A DNA stretch of 64,000 nt, taken from Azolla caroliniana. Its lineage: Eukaryota > Plantae > Polypodiophyta. Location: assembly GCA_043228905.1 (NCBI GenBank), contig JBHGNT010000022.1, positions 9,858,001 to 9,922,000 on the forward strand, read 5' to 3'. The notes beneath the pieces are model-generated. The model searched no databases. It worked only from the letters and a program-made list of their open reading frames with translations, and was not told where the DNA came from. Shown here piece by piece: positions 49,187-60,794 of this stretch. The translations under genes were made by a program, and so were the position numbers. Every line of letters begins with the position of its first letter. The stretch's first letter is position 1.

Positions 49187-52100
49187 GATATTTATTGATG
49201 TAGGTTGACTTCTTCATGAACTTCAATCAACAACATCCAAGCATCAATCTTGGATTTCGCAAGCCCCAAGGTTTAAAACTTTTTTTGTTAGAAAGTTAAA
49301 AGAGAGGGCCACATGTTGTTGTGTGCACCACATTATAGTGGATTTATTAAGGTTTGGAGTGAACACCATGCATACTGATTCTAACGGTATACATAAGGAT
49401 GGTTGTGTTTGCACTTGTGTAGTATGTCAACCAAATGGCGAGGATAATAGGTGTAATGCCTGAAACATGACCTATGTATCAAATTTTAAGTTGTGGAGAT
49501 CTTTAGTTTGTGCAAAACAACAATCATCTAAGTGGCGTTATGTTTCATGTTTTTTAAGAACATGTAAGGTTACCTAGAACCATTATTTTGTAGATGTGAG
49601 CTTGATGTGGAGAACTTTGTTGTTGTGAAATAGAAACATTTAGAGTATATGATAGAAAATATTAGGAAGGGACTAGTTAGGAAGCGTATTACGCAAGTAT
49701 ACAAGGAGACATGTGTTGCTATGCTTGTATTAGAGTTTAAGAAGCAACTTGGTGAGTTCATTCCACATAACTTTAGGAGTTATTGGCAAATTTCATAGTT
49801 CAAGGAATATATAAAAAACTTACCACATGGTGTTGTTGTGTTCATTATTGATTTTGCTGAGAACAACACACTTAAAGTTCAAAATGAGGTTTAGTGATTG
49901 CATTAGTATAGTGAGTTTGCTATTGGAGATAAAAGGATGATTTTACATAAGAAATCAATATTCTACATTTTGGATGATAAAAGGCATGATACACTATTTC
50001 TTTAACATTGTCTTAAGCTTCATCGCGAAGATTTATTATCTCTACATCTTACCTTTAATCAACATGGGTTTGGTTTGATGCGGTTGCCACGTAATTTAAG
50101 GCTACATAATCCTTCCTCATTGCATGGTAAATTATTTGACATTAATACTTGTTAGTATTCGCACTATGATATTGGGTCTCAACTCTCAATACTTGACGTG
50201 TCTAGTTTAGTAGTCTTAGTCTAGAAGTCTTTGTATTGCAACTACAAAATATACATGTTACAATATGTTTAGTACTTGTAGTGCTAAGTCCAGTTGACTA
50301 ATATTTCATAAATCTTCAACAATTACTTAGCCTCCTGTAACTGATATTCTTTAATGAAAACTTAGTACTATTTGTATTCAAACTTATGTCCATCAATACT
50401 ATTAGTTTCATCTCCTACATTTAGTGTTGTTTAATAAAAACTTAGTATTTTTTTTTTCCCAAAATGGAGCTACTTTCCCATTAGTTAGGTAGGATTATTA
50501 CAAAGAGACTGTACAAGGAGGCTTAAACATAGATCGGGGAATCTCCCTCCGATCAAGTTCAAGAAAGTGAGACTAGTTACATCGCCTTTCGGACTAACTA
50601 CTTAGTGTAAGTACCTACAGCTAAAACGATGCCCTACAGTGATGGCTAGTACGAGACAACTCTTGGGGTCGACAACAAAGGGAGGGTGGTAAGTGAGCCG
50701 CAAACAGCTAGCGTGGGGGCTGGTAGTTCCACCTTGGGCCACTTCTTCCTTATGACACCATAGGCGTGTTCCGCCATTTCTGCCAAAAGCGCAAACGGGC
50801 AGTACCCACATCAAAGGAATGGCTACAAACCTCATCCAATTGCCCTTGTAGGCAGCTAATAAGTGCAAACCATATGTCCATGATCACTTCCTCCGGGGGC
50901 CACACCAGATCCTGGAAGACCTTTAGGCAACACGCTTTCCATACATACCACAGGGTGAAGCTTGCGATCAGCATCCAAATGTCCAAGAACCTAGGGGATG
51001 CGGACTGCAAGCCTCTCTCAAATCGAATCTTGGCGATTTTTCCTCTCATGCATACGTAGCACCAACTATCCGCATTGAAGGCGTCCGTCCACCTATCAAC
51101 AGAGTGATCAAGCCATGCCACAACACTCCACGATACTATTCCTTCCACTTCACATGCCGCAAGGAGGCGAGTCACTCTATCCCATACCTTTTGAGCGTGA
51201 GGGCAATCCCATAGACAATGCCTCAGAGTCTCAATAGGTGAATGGCAAAGTGGCCAACCTAACGGGCCGCCACGTTTCCCTAGCCATTCGCCAATGAGAA
51301 CCACATTATGATCGATTTGCCACCAAAAAAACTTTATCTTTTCTGGCAAGTGGAGGCGCCAGAGACCATTCCAAAAGGTAATGAGCACCTCATCAGGGAT
51401 ACCCAATGTACGCCAACCATTGCATAAGGGGCCGTCTAGCTGTAGTTGAAAAGCCCAACCCAGTTTAATGTTGTACTCGAAGAAATGGTGAAATCTGCCA
51501 TCATGTTTCCACCTGAAATCCCCTAGCTCCCATTCTAGTTCGACGAGGGGACGACAACCATATACCCATAACTTCCAATGGGGTTCCGCCTTAGCAACAT
51601 CTGGGTCTGTCTTCCAGATGTTACCAACCTGCCCCACCACGCGGATAGGGTGCCAAGATCCCCTACTCTGACTCTCCCCAAAAATCCTATCTCTTCCCAA
51701 TCCGCTCATGCCCTTCAGCACCTTTACCCTTCCAGCCTCATCAAAGAGACCGAACCAAGCATCTTCTCTAACCTCCCCCATTAGAATCCTATCAACTACC
51801 TCAACTAGCAATCTCCGCATTTTCATGGCTCCCTTGAGGGGAGGGAATGGGACCTCCTGGGCTCCTCCTAAAGGCACCGTGCATCTCCAATCATCTAAAG
51901 AGTGAAGCCTTGTTTGCGCCAGCTTTCCCCATGCTAGGCCCTCAAGCTGGCCTAACATCATGTCGTCACTTTTTCGCACTTGAGGGTTCCAAAATAATGG
52001 TTGTTTAGACCACTTGATTAGTGTCTCCGGCATGTGCTTGACCAAATGATGTCGTACATGACACCATGCCCGCAAGATGGAGTTCATGACCCTCTCCTCC

Positions 52101-53004
52101 GGAAGACAAGCCATCTTGGGTGGGATGCCGCTCGTGCAACACCAATTCAAGGATTCGGGCCAAGGCCTACCATACTTGGGAGTCCCTGCCTGCAACCTAT
52201 TGCGAAGAAGAACCTTCCAACACCCCTTACATGGCAGGAGGCAGCGAGCCACCATTTTGGCTAGCAATGCTGGGCTCTACATTAAGGGGTCTATGAGGCC
52301 AGGCCCCCCTTTGGCCCGTGGTTGTGTTAACCAATGCCATGACACTCTGGTGGCAGCCATCGGGTTGTCCTTACCTGACCATATAAACCCCTTGATGGCA
52401 GCCTTAACCGCGCGCAAGCCTGAAGGGTCCATAATCCAACACGAGACTGAGTGCCATATGGTGGTGAGCATCACTTGGTTTGCAATAAGAACCCTACCAG
52501 CAAAGGATAGTTTAGACCTGCTCCATTGGTTCAACTTCTTGCTTAGTTTGGCTTGCCCATGTGACAATTGCGCTCCCTTGGGGATTGCCCTCCCCATCGT
52601 AAATCCGAGGTACTTGAATGTCGTCCCATCGGGGACCCATGCAAAATCAGCATGGGGATGCCACCTTGGCTTCTCTTGTTCGCTGAACCAGAGGCCTTGG
52701 GTTTTATCCCAATTGATCTTGGCACTGGAAGCCTAACAAAAATCTTCAACAAGATGTTCAGCTCGCTGCAAATTTGCTTCATCACCCTGCAAAAAAAGGA
52801 CCGTATCTTCGGCATAATCAGATAACAGAAGATGCTCAGTCACATTGGGGATGGGCAATCCCCTCAGTCCGCTTCTTGGTGCTTGTAAGTAGGCTGAGAA
52901 AGCCTCGGTTACAAAGAGATAGAGATATGGGGCTAGGGGACAACCTTGCCTCATTGAGCGATGTAGTCAGAAGGCGGGGCCCCTTGCACCAGATACCAAC
53001 ACGC

Positions 53005-56000
53005 TGTCGTGACGATTTTCGGCTACGGTGTGAAACCGAGTGAGACGAATAAACCAAGGATGTGCAACATTGCACATGCACTTAACAAATAAGCCAAAGG
53101 CCTATTGCCATTCGAGTTCATAGAGAGGGGTGCAAGCAAGGTTTGAACCTTGCACCTCTAAGATACAAGATGTTTGCCTTACCACTAGGACAACTATCAT
53201 ATATAGTGTAGATTTTATGTATTTCCTTTTCATATACGAATTATATACGAAACAACCATAGAAAACCATGTGCACAAAACCATGGTTCTAACCCCATGGT
53301 TTTGTGCATGAAGAGAGCTATAAAAACCTTAATGGAGCTTGTGTAAAGGGGGGCTCAATATTTGATATCACCAACACCACTAACATCAATATAATTATAT
53401 TCATCCTTATCTTCTTCATATTTTTCTACTTTTGAAGTGTACAATCTTTCTTCTTCTCAAGTGAACAAATTTCATCCAATCTTACATTGATCGTCATCTC
53501 TTCGATAATTCCGCGAACGTCCTCCCCAGTCCAAGACCCCGATGGTCGCTCCAGTAGCACACACACGCGCGAATCTTTGCGACATCATTTGGTAAACCCG
53601 ACGTGAAGAGCAACAGGGGAGGACGAAGATGGATGGCGAATATCTCATGGAGGCAATGTCAAAAAGGATGATGGAGTTTCTGAGAGAAGGGAAAAGACGA
53701 AATGAAGCCCAACAAGCTGTTGAGAGGGTAGTCGAGAGAGTGAGCTATTTCAATGGCGCCGAAGTCCAAAGTTTTCTAAAATTCTACAATGCGGAGATGG
53801 ATTCAAGAGGTGTGGATGAAGCTATGAGGCTGGAGTACTTTTGTTGGGTGGTGTCTCAACCAATCTTCAAAGATGTAAAAGAGCTTCTAGAAGCTCATGA
53901 TTTGTGGGCGACTTTCGAGAAGGCTCTATTGGAGAAATATGGCTATGAGAGATTGAAGGGACGAGATCGATTCAACTTTGGCCAATGGGTGACATCGGCG
54001 AAGACCCACCAAGGCGCGACACAAGAATTTGTAGACTTCGAGCGTCGTTTTTCTTAACTCTCGGAGCGGGAAAAAAGATTGGTGGGGGTCGATAAGGTCC
54101 TTATGTTCGTGAAGTCAATCGATCGAATGGAAAGGATGGCCATCAGCCTCAAACTCAAAGAAGATGACGGTGCAAATGGCCTCATCGAGAATTGGAGCAA
54201 AGTGGAAAGTGTATGCTGACTACACGATAAGGGGTGAGCGAGAATATCGACGACAACAAGGCGCCCATGAGGGACGATCGAAGAGGGACGATATGCAACA
54301 ACACACCACCAACAAAAGAAATGAAGCTTAAAAGGGAGACAAAACCGAGGCGGATGGTGATCGAGGAAGAAGAGACCTCCCAACAAATGCGGGTTAATGA
54401 AGTGGCCGATACAAAGGCTCAGGTTTGGTATGACGATACCGAGAGAGAAGGTCCGAAACAAGTCACCTTCTTGTCTTACGAAGAAACGACGGCCAAGGAG
54501 GAGGCCAATGACTCGAGGACGGCGAATGCCACTTCGAGGGAGGATAAATGTTTCGGAACACGCATTGTGTACGAAACATCGGGTGATGAAGGTGCAAGCA
54601 TGAGAAAAGCTTGCATGATCAAGGGAGATAAAGTGTTTGAGTCCGACGTGATTGAGGAGGTAGCCATGACAAACGACATCGAGTCGGAGGTGGCTATGGA
54701 CGAGTCGATGGCGGATAGCCATGTCGAGACTTTCTCCACACTTGTTCTAGAGACTTCGGCGGTTGCGCCCGTGTGCCAACATGAGACCGGAGAGACGGAA
54801 GGTGGTGACGGGAAGACGAAGGCCCAACACAAGGAGGAAGAAAATCGAGGACGAAAGGATATCCCCACACCTATTCTAGAGACTTCGGCAGTTGTGCACG
54901 TGCGCTAACGTGAGACCGGGGAGATGGAATGTCCACGGAAAAGCGGAGAACTGGAAGGGCGATGAGGAAGACAAGGTAAATGTGTATGAACGAAGGGATT
55001 GCTTCACAATGGTTCCAGAGACTTCGGCTGTCGAGACCGTGTGTCGACATAAGACCGAAGATAAAGGAGGTGGCGAAGAGGAGACAATATGGCTCGAGGC
55101 GAGCATACACGGAGAGAAGGATGTGGCCGACGAGGAGGCCAAGGATGAAGATGCAGTTGAGTTCAATGGAGAGGCAGCATGCGGGAAGGAAGGAAGAGTC
55201 GAGAACTGGTCGAACCAGAAGACGATTCGGCTGGGATTCCGGCCCGAACAAAGGAAGATCCACATGGGAGCCGATCGATTGGGGGCGACTTGGTCGAAAC
55301 CTGATTCTGCGGAAATCAATCGGACAATCCCGATCCAAAAGGGGGCCGACCCAGCCAGAATCAATTGATCGAGCCCGACTCGGCGAAATGCAAATGCAAA
55401 CGAAGGCCAACCAAGCCAAGAAGTAATCGGAGGAGACCGATCCGGACAAGGGCAAACCTGGCCTAATCGGAGATCGACACGAATGCTCCAGAACACCCAG
55501 TTGAAGACGGTGAGCGCGAGGAGTGGCCAAGAGTCCAATCGAAGGACACGCGCGGTGGATGAAGGACGAGCGGTCGGATCGATGACATCGTTCGTTAGAT
55601 CTACTGGGGGAGAAGGTGTGAGCGCCGGATATGGTGGATCGGGTGGTTATGGTGGTTCGGTTGGAAAGATTGGGCATACTTGAAGTGGAAGACAAAGTTA
55701 GACGAGGTCAACGAGCGTGTGGAGGAACTCGGTTGATCACCGTTGCCAAAGATCTCACCTCTTCACCTTTCTTAGCACATACTGGAGGATGTGTGGGTTT
55801 GGTGGGGGTGGATGTCCTGACGATTTTCGGCTACGGTGTGAAACCGAGTGAGACAAATAAACCAAGGATGTGCAACATTGCACATGCACTTAGCAAATAA
55901 GCCTAAGTCCTAGTGCCACTCGAGTTCATAGAGAGGGGTGCAAGCAAGGTTTGAACATTGCACCTCTAAGATACAAGATGTTTGCCTTACCACTAGGACA

Positions 56001-56449
56001 ACCATCATATAGTATAAATTTTATGTATTTCCTTTTTATATACGAATTATAGACGAAACAACCATTGAAAACCATGTGCACAAAACCATGGTTCTAAACC
56101 CATGGATTGTGCTAGTCATAAGCAAAACCATGTCCCCAAAACCATGGTTCTAAACCCATGGTTTTGTGCATGAATAGAGCTATAAAAACCCTAGTGGAGC
56201 TTGTGTAAAGGGGGGGTCAATATTTGATATCACCAACATCACTAACATCAATATAATTATATTCGTCCTTATCTTCTTCATATTTTTCTACTTTTGAAGT
56301 GTACAATCTTTCTTCTTCTCAAGTGAACAAATTTCATCCAATCTTACATTGATTGTCACCTCTTCGATAATTCCGCGAACGTCCTCCCCAGTCCAAGACC
56401 CCGATGGTCGCTCCAGTAGCACACGCACGCGCGAATCTTCGCGACATCA
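53005..56449 (+). mobile_element. Non-autonomous (gag-only) LTR retroelement with tRNA-Trp-type PBS
   Basis: Direct LTRs 53005-~53587 and 55813-~56449; PBS TGGTAAACCCGACGTGAA at 53590; purine tract GGTGGGGGTGGA before the 3' LTR. Decayed gag-like ORF from 53629, no PR/RT/IN motifs, no TSD. Confidence 0.85.
53126..53197 (-). other. tRNA-like (Pol III A/B-box) segment inside the LTR; second copy at ~55937-56003
   Basis: Minus strand: TGTCCTAGTGGTAAGGC (A-box/D-arm-like) ... GCAAGGTTCAAACCTTGC (B-box in a hairpin). No canonical cloverleaf. Confidence 0.5.
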
Positions 56450-58534
56450 TTTGGTAGCAGTCTGATAGAGTGCATAAGTGCAATTCCTCCATTGTGGGGG
56501 AAGGCCCATAACTCTCATCACTTTTTCCAAAAAGGGCCATAACACCTTGTCGTAGGCCTTCTCAAAGTCTAACATCAGAATAGCCGAGCTCGATGCGATG
56601 CGATCCGCCAATGCCATAACTTCCCAGAGAAGCAGCACATTATCAAAGATACACCTACCCGTGATAAACCCTGTTTGATTCTTATGTATGATGTCCGGTA
56701 GGTAGCTTGCTATCCACCTTGCTAGGTCTTTTGCGAGTATCTTGTATATCGTGTTAAGGATCGTGATTGAACGCCATTGGCGCAACTTGAGGCTTCGGCC
56801 CGCCGCTTTAGGGATGAGATAGATCATCCCCTCCGCCAGTCGAGTTGGCATCGCTGCTGAGGATCAAATCTCCTAAATCCCGGCTTCCACTGACGGGATA
56901 ACAGTTTCCCAATGAATCTCAAAAAAATCTTGTGAGAGACCATCAGGGTCGGGGCATGCTCCTCTCCGCAAATCCCGAAGTGCCTCCGAGAGTTCTAATT
57001 GAGAAATGGGGCTATCGAGCACAACTTCCATCTCATGGGTGACCTTAGGGTGAATGCAAGCCATCACTCTCTCAACCAGCTCCGTGTTTTGCTGCATATG
57101 CGTAGGTGCGAGCATGTCGCAATAGTATTGGGTTGCCATATGCAGAATCTCATCCTTGTTCTCCGTTATTTATTCTCCCATTTGCATCAATACTAATTGT
57201 CTATTCACCTAGGTTTAGTATTTTTAAATACAATTTAGTAATATTAGTATACTATGATCTATCCCTTGTTTGTCAATACTAACTATGTATTCAATTATAG
57301 GCAATATATTTAAATGACAACTTCGTACTATTTGTATACTCTCCCATATGCATTAGTACTACTAGTCCATTCACCTATGTTCAATATCTTTAAACAACTT
57401 AGTACTATTGAAATAGTGTTCCTTGTGCACCAATACTACTTGTGCATTCAACTATGGGCAATATATTTAAATGATACCTTAGTATTATTAGTTTACTATC
57501 CCATGTGCATTAGTACATTCACCTATGTAGAGTATTTTTAAACAACTTATTACTATCAGTAATAAGTATATCGTCCCTTGTGCATCAATACTAAATTTGT
57601 ATTAAACTATGGGTAGTATATTTAAATAACAAATTTGTAATATTAGTCTACATGTGAATTAGGACTATTAGTCTATTCACCCATGTTTAGTATGTTTAAA
57701 CAATGACTTAGTACTATTTTCAAAACAACTTAATAATATTAGGTCATCCAAAGTGTGCATCAATACGAGTAGTAGTAGTCAAGATCTACTCTATCTAATT
57801 TGTATGGGCTTCTTGTTTCTCAACACTGGTACATTTGTAGGTACTTCTCAATCACCAACATCAAGATGCAATGGAGCTATGTTTGCTCTATACTTGGAAA
57901 GGAAGAACATGATGGCACACAAGTTGTGATGAAGTGAGCTCTTTGTTATCCATTAAAAAATTAGCACGATTTTTTGTAGGATAACATGAGCATGGCACAC
58001 CCTTAGAAAGAAAGAAAGAAAGATATATTAACATCTTCTAAGGCCAAAATTGGCCCATGCAACAATTGGTTTACAATAAAATGGGATATTTACCTATTCA
58101 TCGAAAGTAAAAATAAAAATAAATAAAAATAGATCTTAAGCTAAATAGTTGTAGTAAAAGAATAAACATGTTCTACAATAAAATGGTTTTATACTAGGCC
58201 TAGTTTCATCTCCATCCAAGTCTCTCGAAAAGAAGCGGGAGGTCAAAGGGTTTTGATATGGATGTGGCTCCCCGTGGTCCCAATGTAGAAGGTACCCCAA
58301 CCATAGCTTCTAGTCGGCGTAGCTCACGTTCCCTTATCTTCTTAATTGTTTCGACTCCATGTCGAGTTGGTTTCAAGCCCAATATTCGAGGGCGTTTGGT
58401 TGTTCTTTGCATTTTTGCTTCCTCAAGAGAGAGGCTGAGTGGTGTAAGTGTATCCACATTCATCATCTCCCCTTGTTCCGGAAAAATTACAATCCTTACA
58501 TGTTGAGGAATATTAAAAGGGTTATGGTTAACAC

Positions 58535-60794
58535 TGTTAGGAAATAGGTCCCTCCGGCAACGGAAGACCCGGTGAGAACCAAATGAGGAGTACCCGACAA
58601 TGGAAGACCCGGTGAGAACCGGATGAGGAGTACCTGGAAACGGAAGACCCGGTGAGAACCGGATGAGGAGTACCCAGAAACGGAAGACCTGGTGAGAACC
58701 GCATGAGGAGTACCCGAAAACGGAAGACCCGGTGAGAACCGGATGATGAGTGCCCGGCAAGCGCCGGATGATGCAGGTTCGGTGAGGAGTGCTCACCAGA
58801 TGAAGGGACATATTCGTAAATATGTTTCTGAGAGTCCATCGGGGCTATATTTGTAAATAGCTGAAAAGTCATATTAGTATAAATATGACTTAGGGCAAAC
58901 TCAGTGTTGTTGTTGTCATTCTTGTTGGTGCAAGATTAGAGCGCAACAGTGTATAGAGAGAGAGAGAGAGGAAGAGGTCATTGCCTCTATTGTAACCGCC
59001 GCCTGTGGCGAAGATAACAAGCTCAAGGTCGTTGCCTCAGTGCTTTACCATTGTATATTGTTACATAGTGATAGTTTGCAGTTTGTGGGCTGCCGTGGTT
59101 TTTTCCCTAGTTTGGGTTTTTTTCACGTTAATATCCTGTGTATTCTTCTCTCCATTGTGTCGTGCATTCATTCCCGTTTTTTCTGTGTTTGATTCTAAGC
59201 TTGGTTGTGGCCGAGCATTGTTCATCGGGAGTGCGTAGTTCTTGTCAAAGTGGTATCAGAGCGAAACGACACAGAAAATGGACGAATCGTTGGGAGGCAT
59301 GTTCAAGCTCACCGGCTCCAACTATTCCGTGTGGAAGTCGAAGATGAGGGACATGCTCGTGGTTAAAGATCTTTGGTTGCCGGTTCAGTTCGGGGACAAG
59401 AGACCAGACAAAATCGACGCCACGATATGGGAGGTGATGCCCATGAAGACAACGGTGTACATATGGTGGTTCATCGACATGAGCCTATACAACAACTTCA
59501 ATGAAGAGAGTAAGGCTCATGAGCTCTCGGAGAAGATCGGCATTATGTTTCAGAACAAAAATGTTGTTAACCAGGTTACGGTATTCCGGAAGCTAGTAAG
59601 ACTCTGGTACCAAGATGGCTCTAGCATGGCGGAGCACATGAATGCCTTCCAGGGGCTGATACACCAGGCAACATCATTGGAAGTACCTCTCGCCGATGAG
59701 GTACTAGCGCTACTCCTGCTCGGTTCCCTCCCGGATAGCTGGGAGACGTTGGTTGTCACTTTGGGCAACGCCGGGCCGGAAGGGAAATGGTTATCCCTAG
59801 CAAGAGTGAAGTCAAGCTTGCTAGATGAGGAGGTGCGTCGGAAAGATAAGGACACGAGCTCCGACTCCAAAGCGCTCCTTACCAAATCAGAATGCGGAAG
59901 ACAAAGGAACCGTAGTCCCCAGAACCGGGAAAAGTCGGGGACACGGTCAAAGTCAAGGGGGAGGCCTACTTGCTTCTATTGCGGCAAGCCGGGACACTTC
60001 CAGAAGAACTGTCGCATTTTCGAAAAGACAAGGAAACAGACGGTACCGATTCGAAGCAGACACCGGACCGGAACGGTAAAGACCGGAGGGGGCCGAACCA
60101 GAAGGGAACGACGGCAATCGCGGCAAGTGAAGAAGAGTTGATGCTCATCACCGAGGAGAGTGAGCTAAACCTTGCCGGCGACGAGATGACCTAGGTGGTC
60201 GACTCCGGAGTGTCATTCGACCTTACCCCGGACTGGAAATGCTTCTCATCCTACTCAGCCCGTGATCACGGTTGTGTCCGGATGGGGAATGAAGGTACAT
60301 GCCGAATTGTTGGCATAGGAGACGTGTGGTTGACAACACCAACCGGATGCAAGCTGCTGCTGAAGGATGTCCAACACGTTCCGAAGGTTCGTTTGAACCT
60401 GATATCAGTCGATCAGCTAGATGATGAAGGCTACACGGGTAGCATCTGGAACGGTGTTATGAAGTTCAGCAAAGGGAGCCTGATTGTGGCTCGGGCCTGG
60501 AAGGTAAACACACTGTACCTAATGAATGCCCGGTTATGTCTGAAGGAAGTGAGCGTGGCGTCCGACACTGCCGGTGAGTTGTGGCACAAGAGGCTATGTC
60601 ACATGAGCGAGAAGGGGATGAGGAGGCTTGCAGACGACAACCTCATTCCAGTGAAGAACGTGCACTTGGAGAAGTGCACTGACTGTTTGGCCGGTAAACA
60701 AAACCGGACCTCCTTCCGATCAAGGCCACCGATGAGACGTAATGCAACACTAGAGTTGGTGCATACTGATGTATGTCAAGTGGACACAAAGTCA
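58535..60794 (+). mobile_element. 5' part of a Copia element (LTR 58535-59247, gag, PR, start of IN), interrupted at 60795
   Basis: TGTTAGG...TGTCA LTR related to 28856-29553; PBS TGGTATCAGAGC at 59251; CFYCGKPGHFQKNC, VDSGVS, LWHKRLCHMS...ELVHTDV; frameshift and stop. Confidence 0.92.

Larger units (their letters stand above)
50447..57165 (-). mobile_element. 5'-truncated L1-like LINE, interrupted at 53005-56451
   Basis: LDFEKAYDKV (56447-56851), RQGCPLAP...YAEDT (52733-52954), YLG.P, and zf-RVT-like CH..IETLRHCLWDC. Poly(A) tail appears as the T run at ~50447-50457. Confidence 0.9.
37930..57940 (+). pseudogene. Decayed DDD-type DNA transposase gene (Sola2-like by motif recall), split by nested retroelements, with a GT-AG intron 50127-57840
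   Basis: Colinear remnants: HPIHFLEMT (~38275), RKLKERATCCCVHH (~49290-49330), FIPHNF...WQ (~49760), IDFAEN...VQNEV (~49850), WVWFD..A..FK (~50065), and after the intron YFSITNIKMQWSY...GKEEHDG (57841-57915). Outer boundaries and TIRs not identified. Confidence 0.6.

Noticed and set aside
53126-53197. Functional tRNA gene
   Set aside because: No proper acceptor or anticodon stems and the T-loop geometry is off. Kept only as tRNA-like.
58206-58534. Minus-strand coding-like stretch (LSLEEAKMQRTTKRPR...) cut by the Copia LTR
   Set aside because: No recognisable domain, and its ORF start lies in LTR sequence. It cannot be supported without a search.
26938-60794. The 3' Copia half (starts at IN DDHSR) and the 5' Copia half (ends at IN VDTKS) break ~35 bp apart and could be one split, rearranged element
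   Set aside because: Their LTRs are clearly diverged with different U3 repeats, and the outer flanks (AACAC vs TGTTT) are not a TSD. The 60795 break is explained by a nested insertion.
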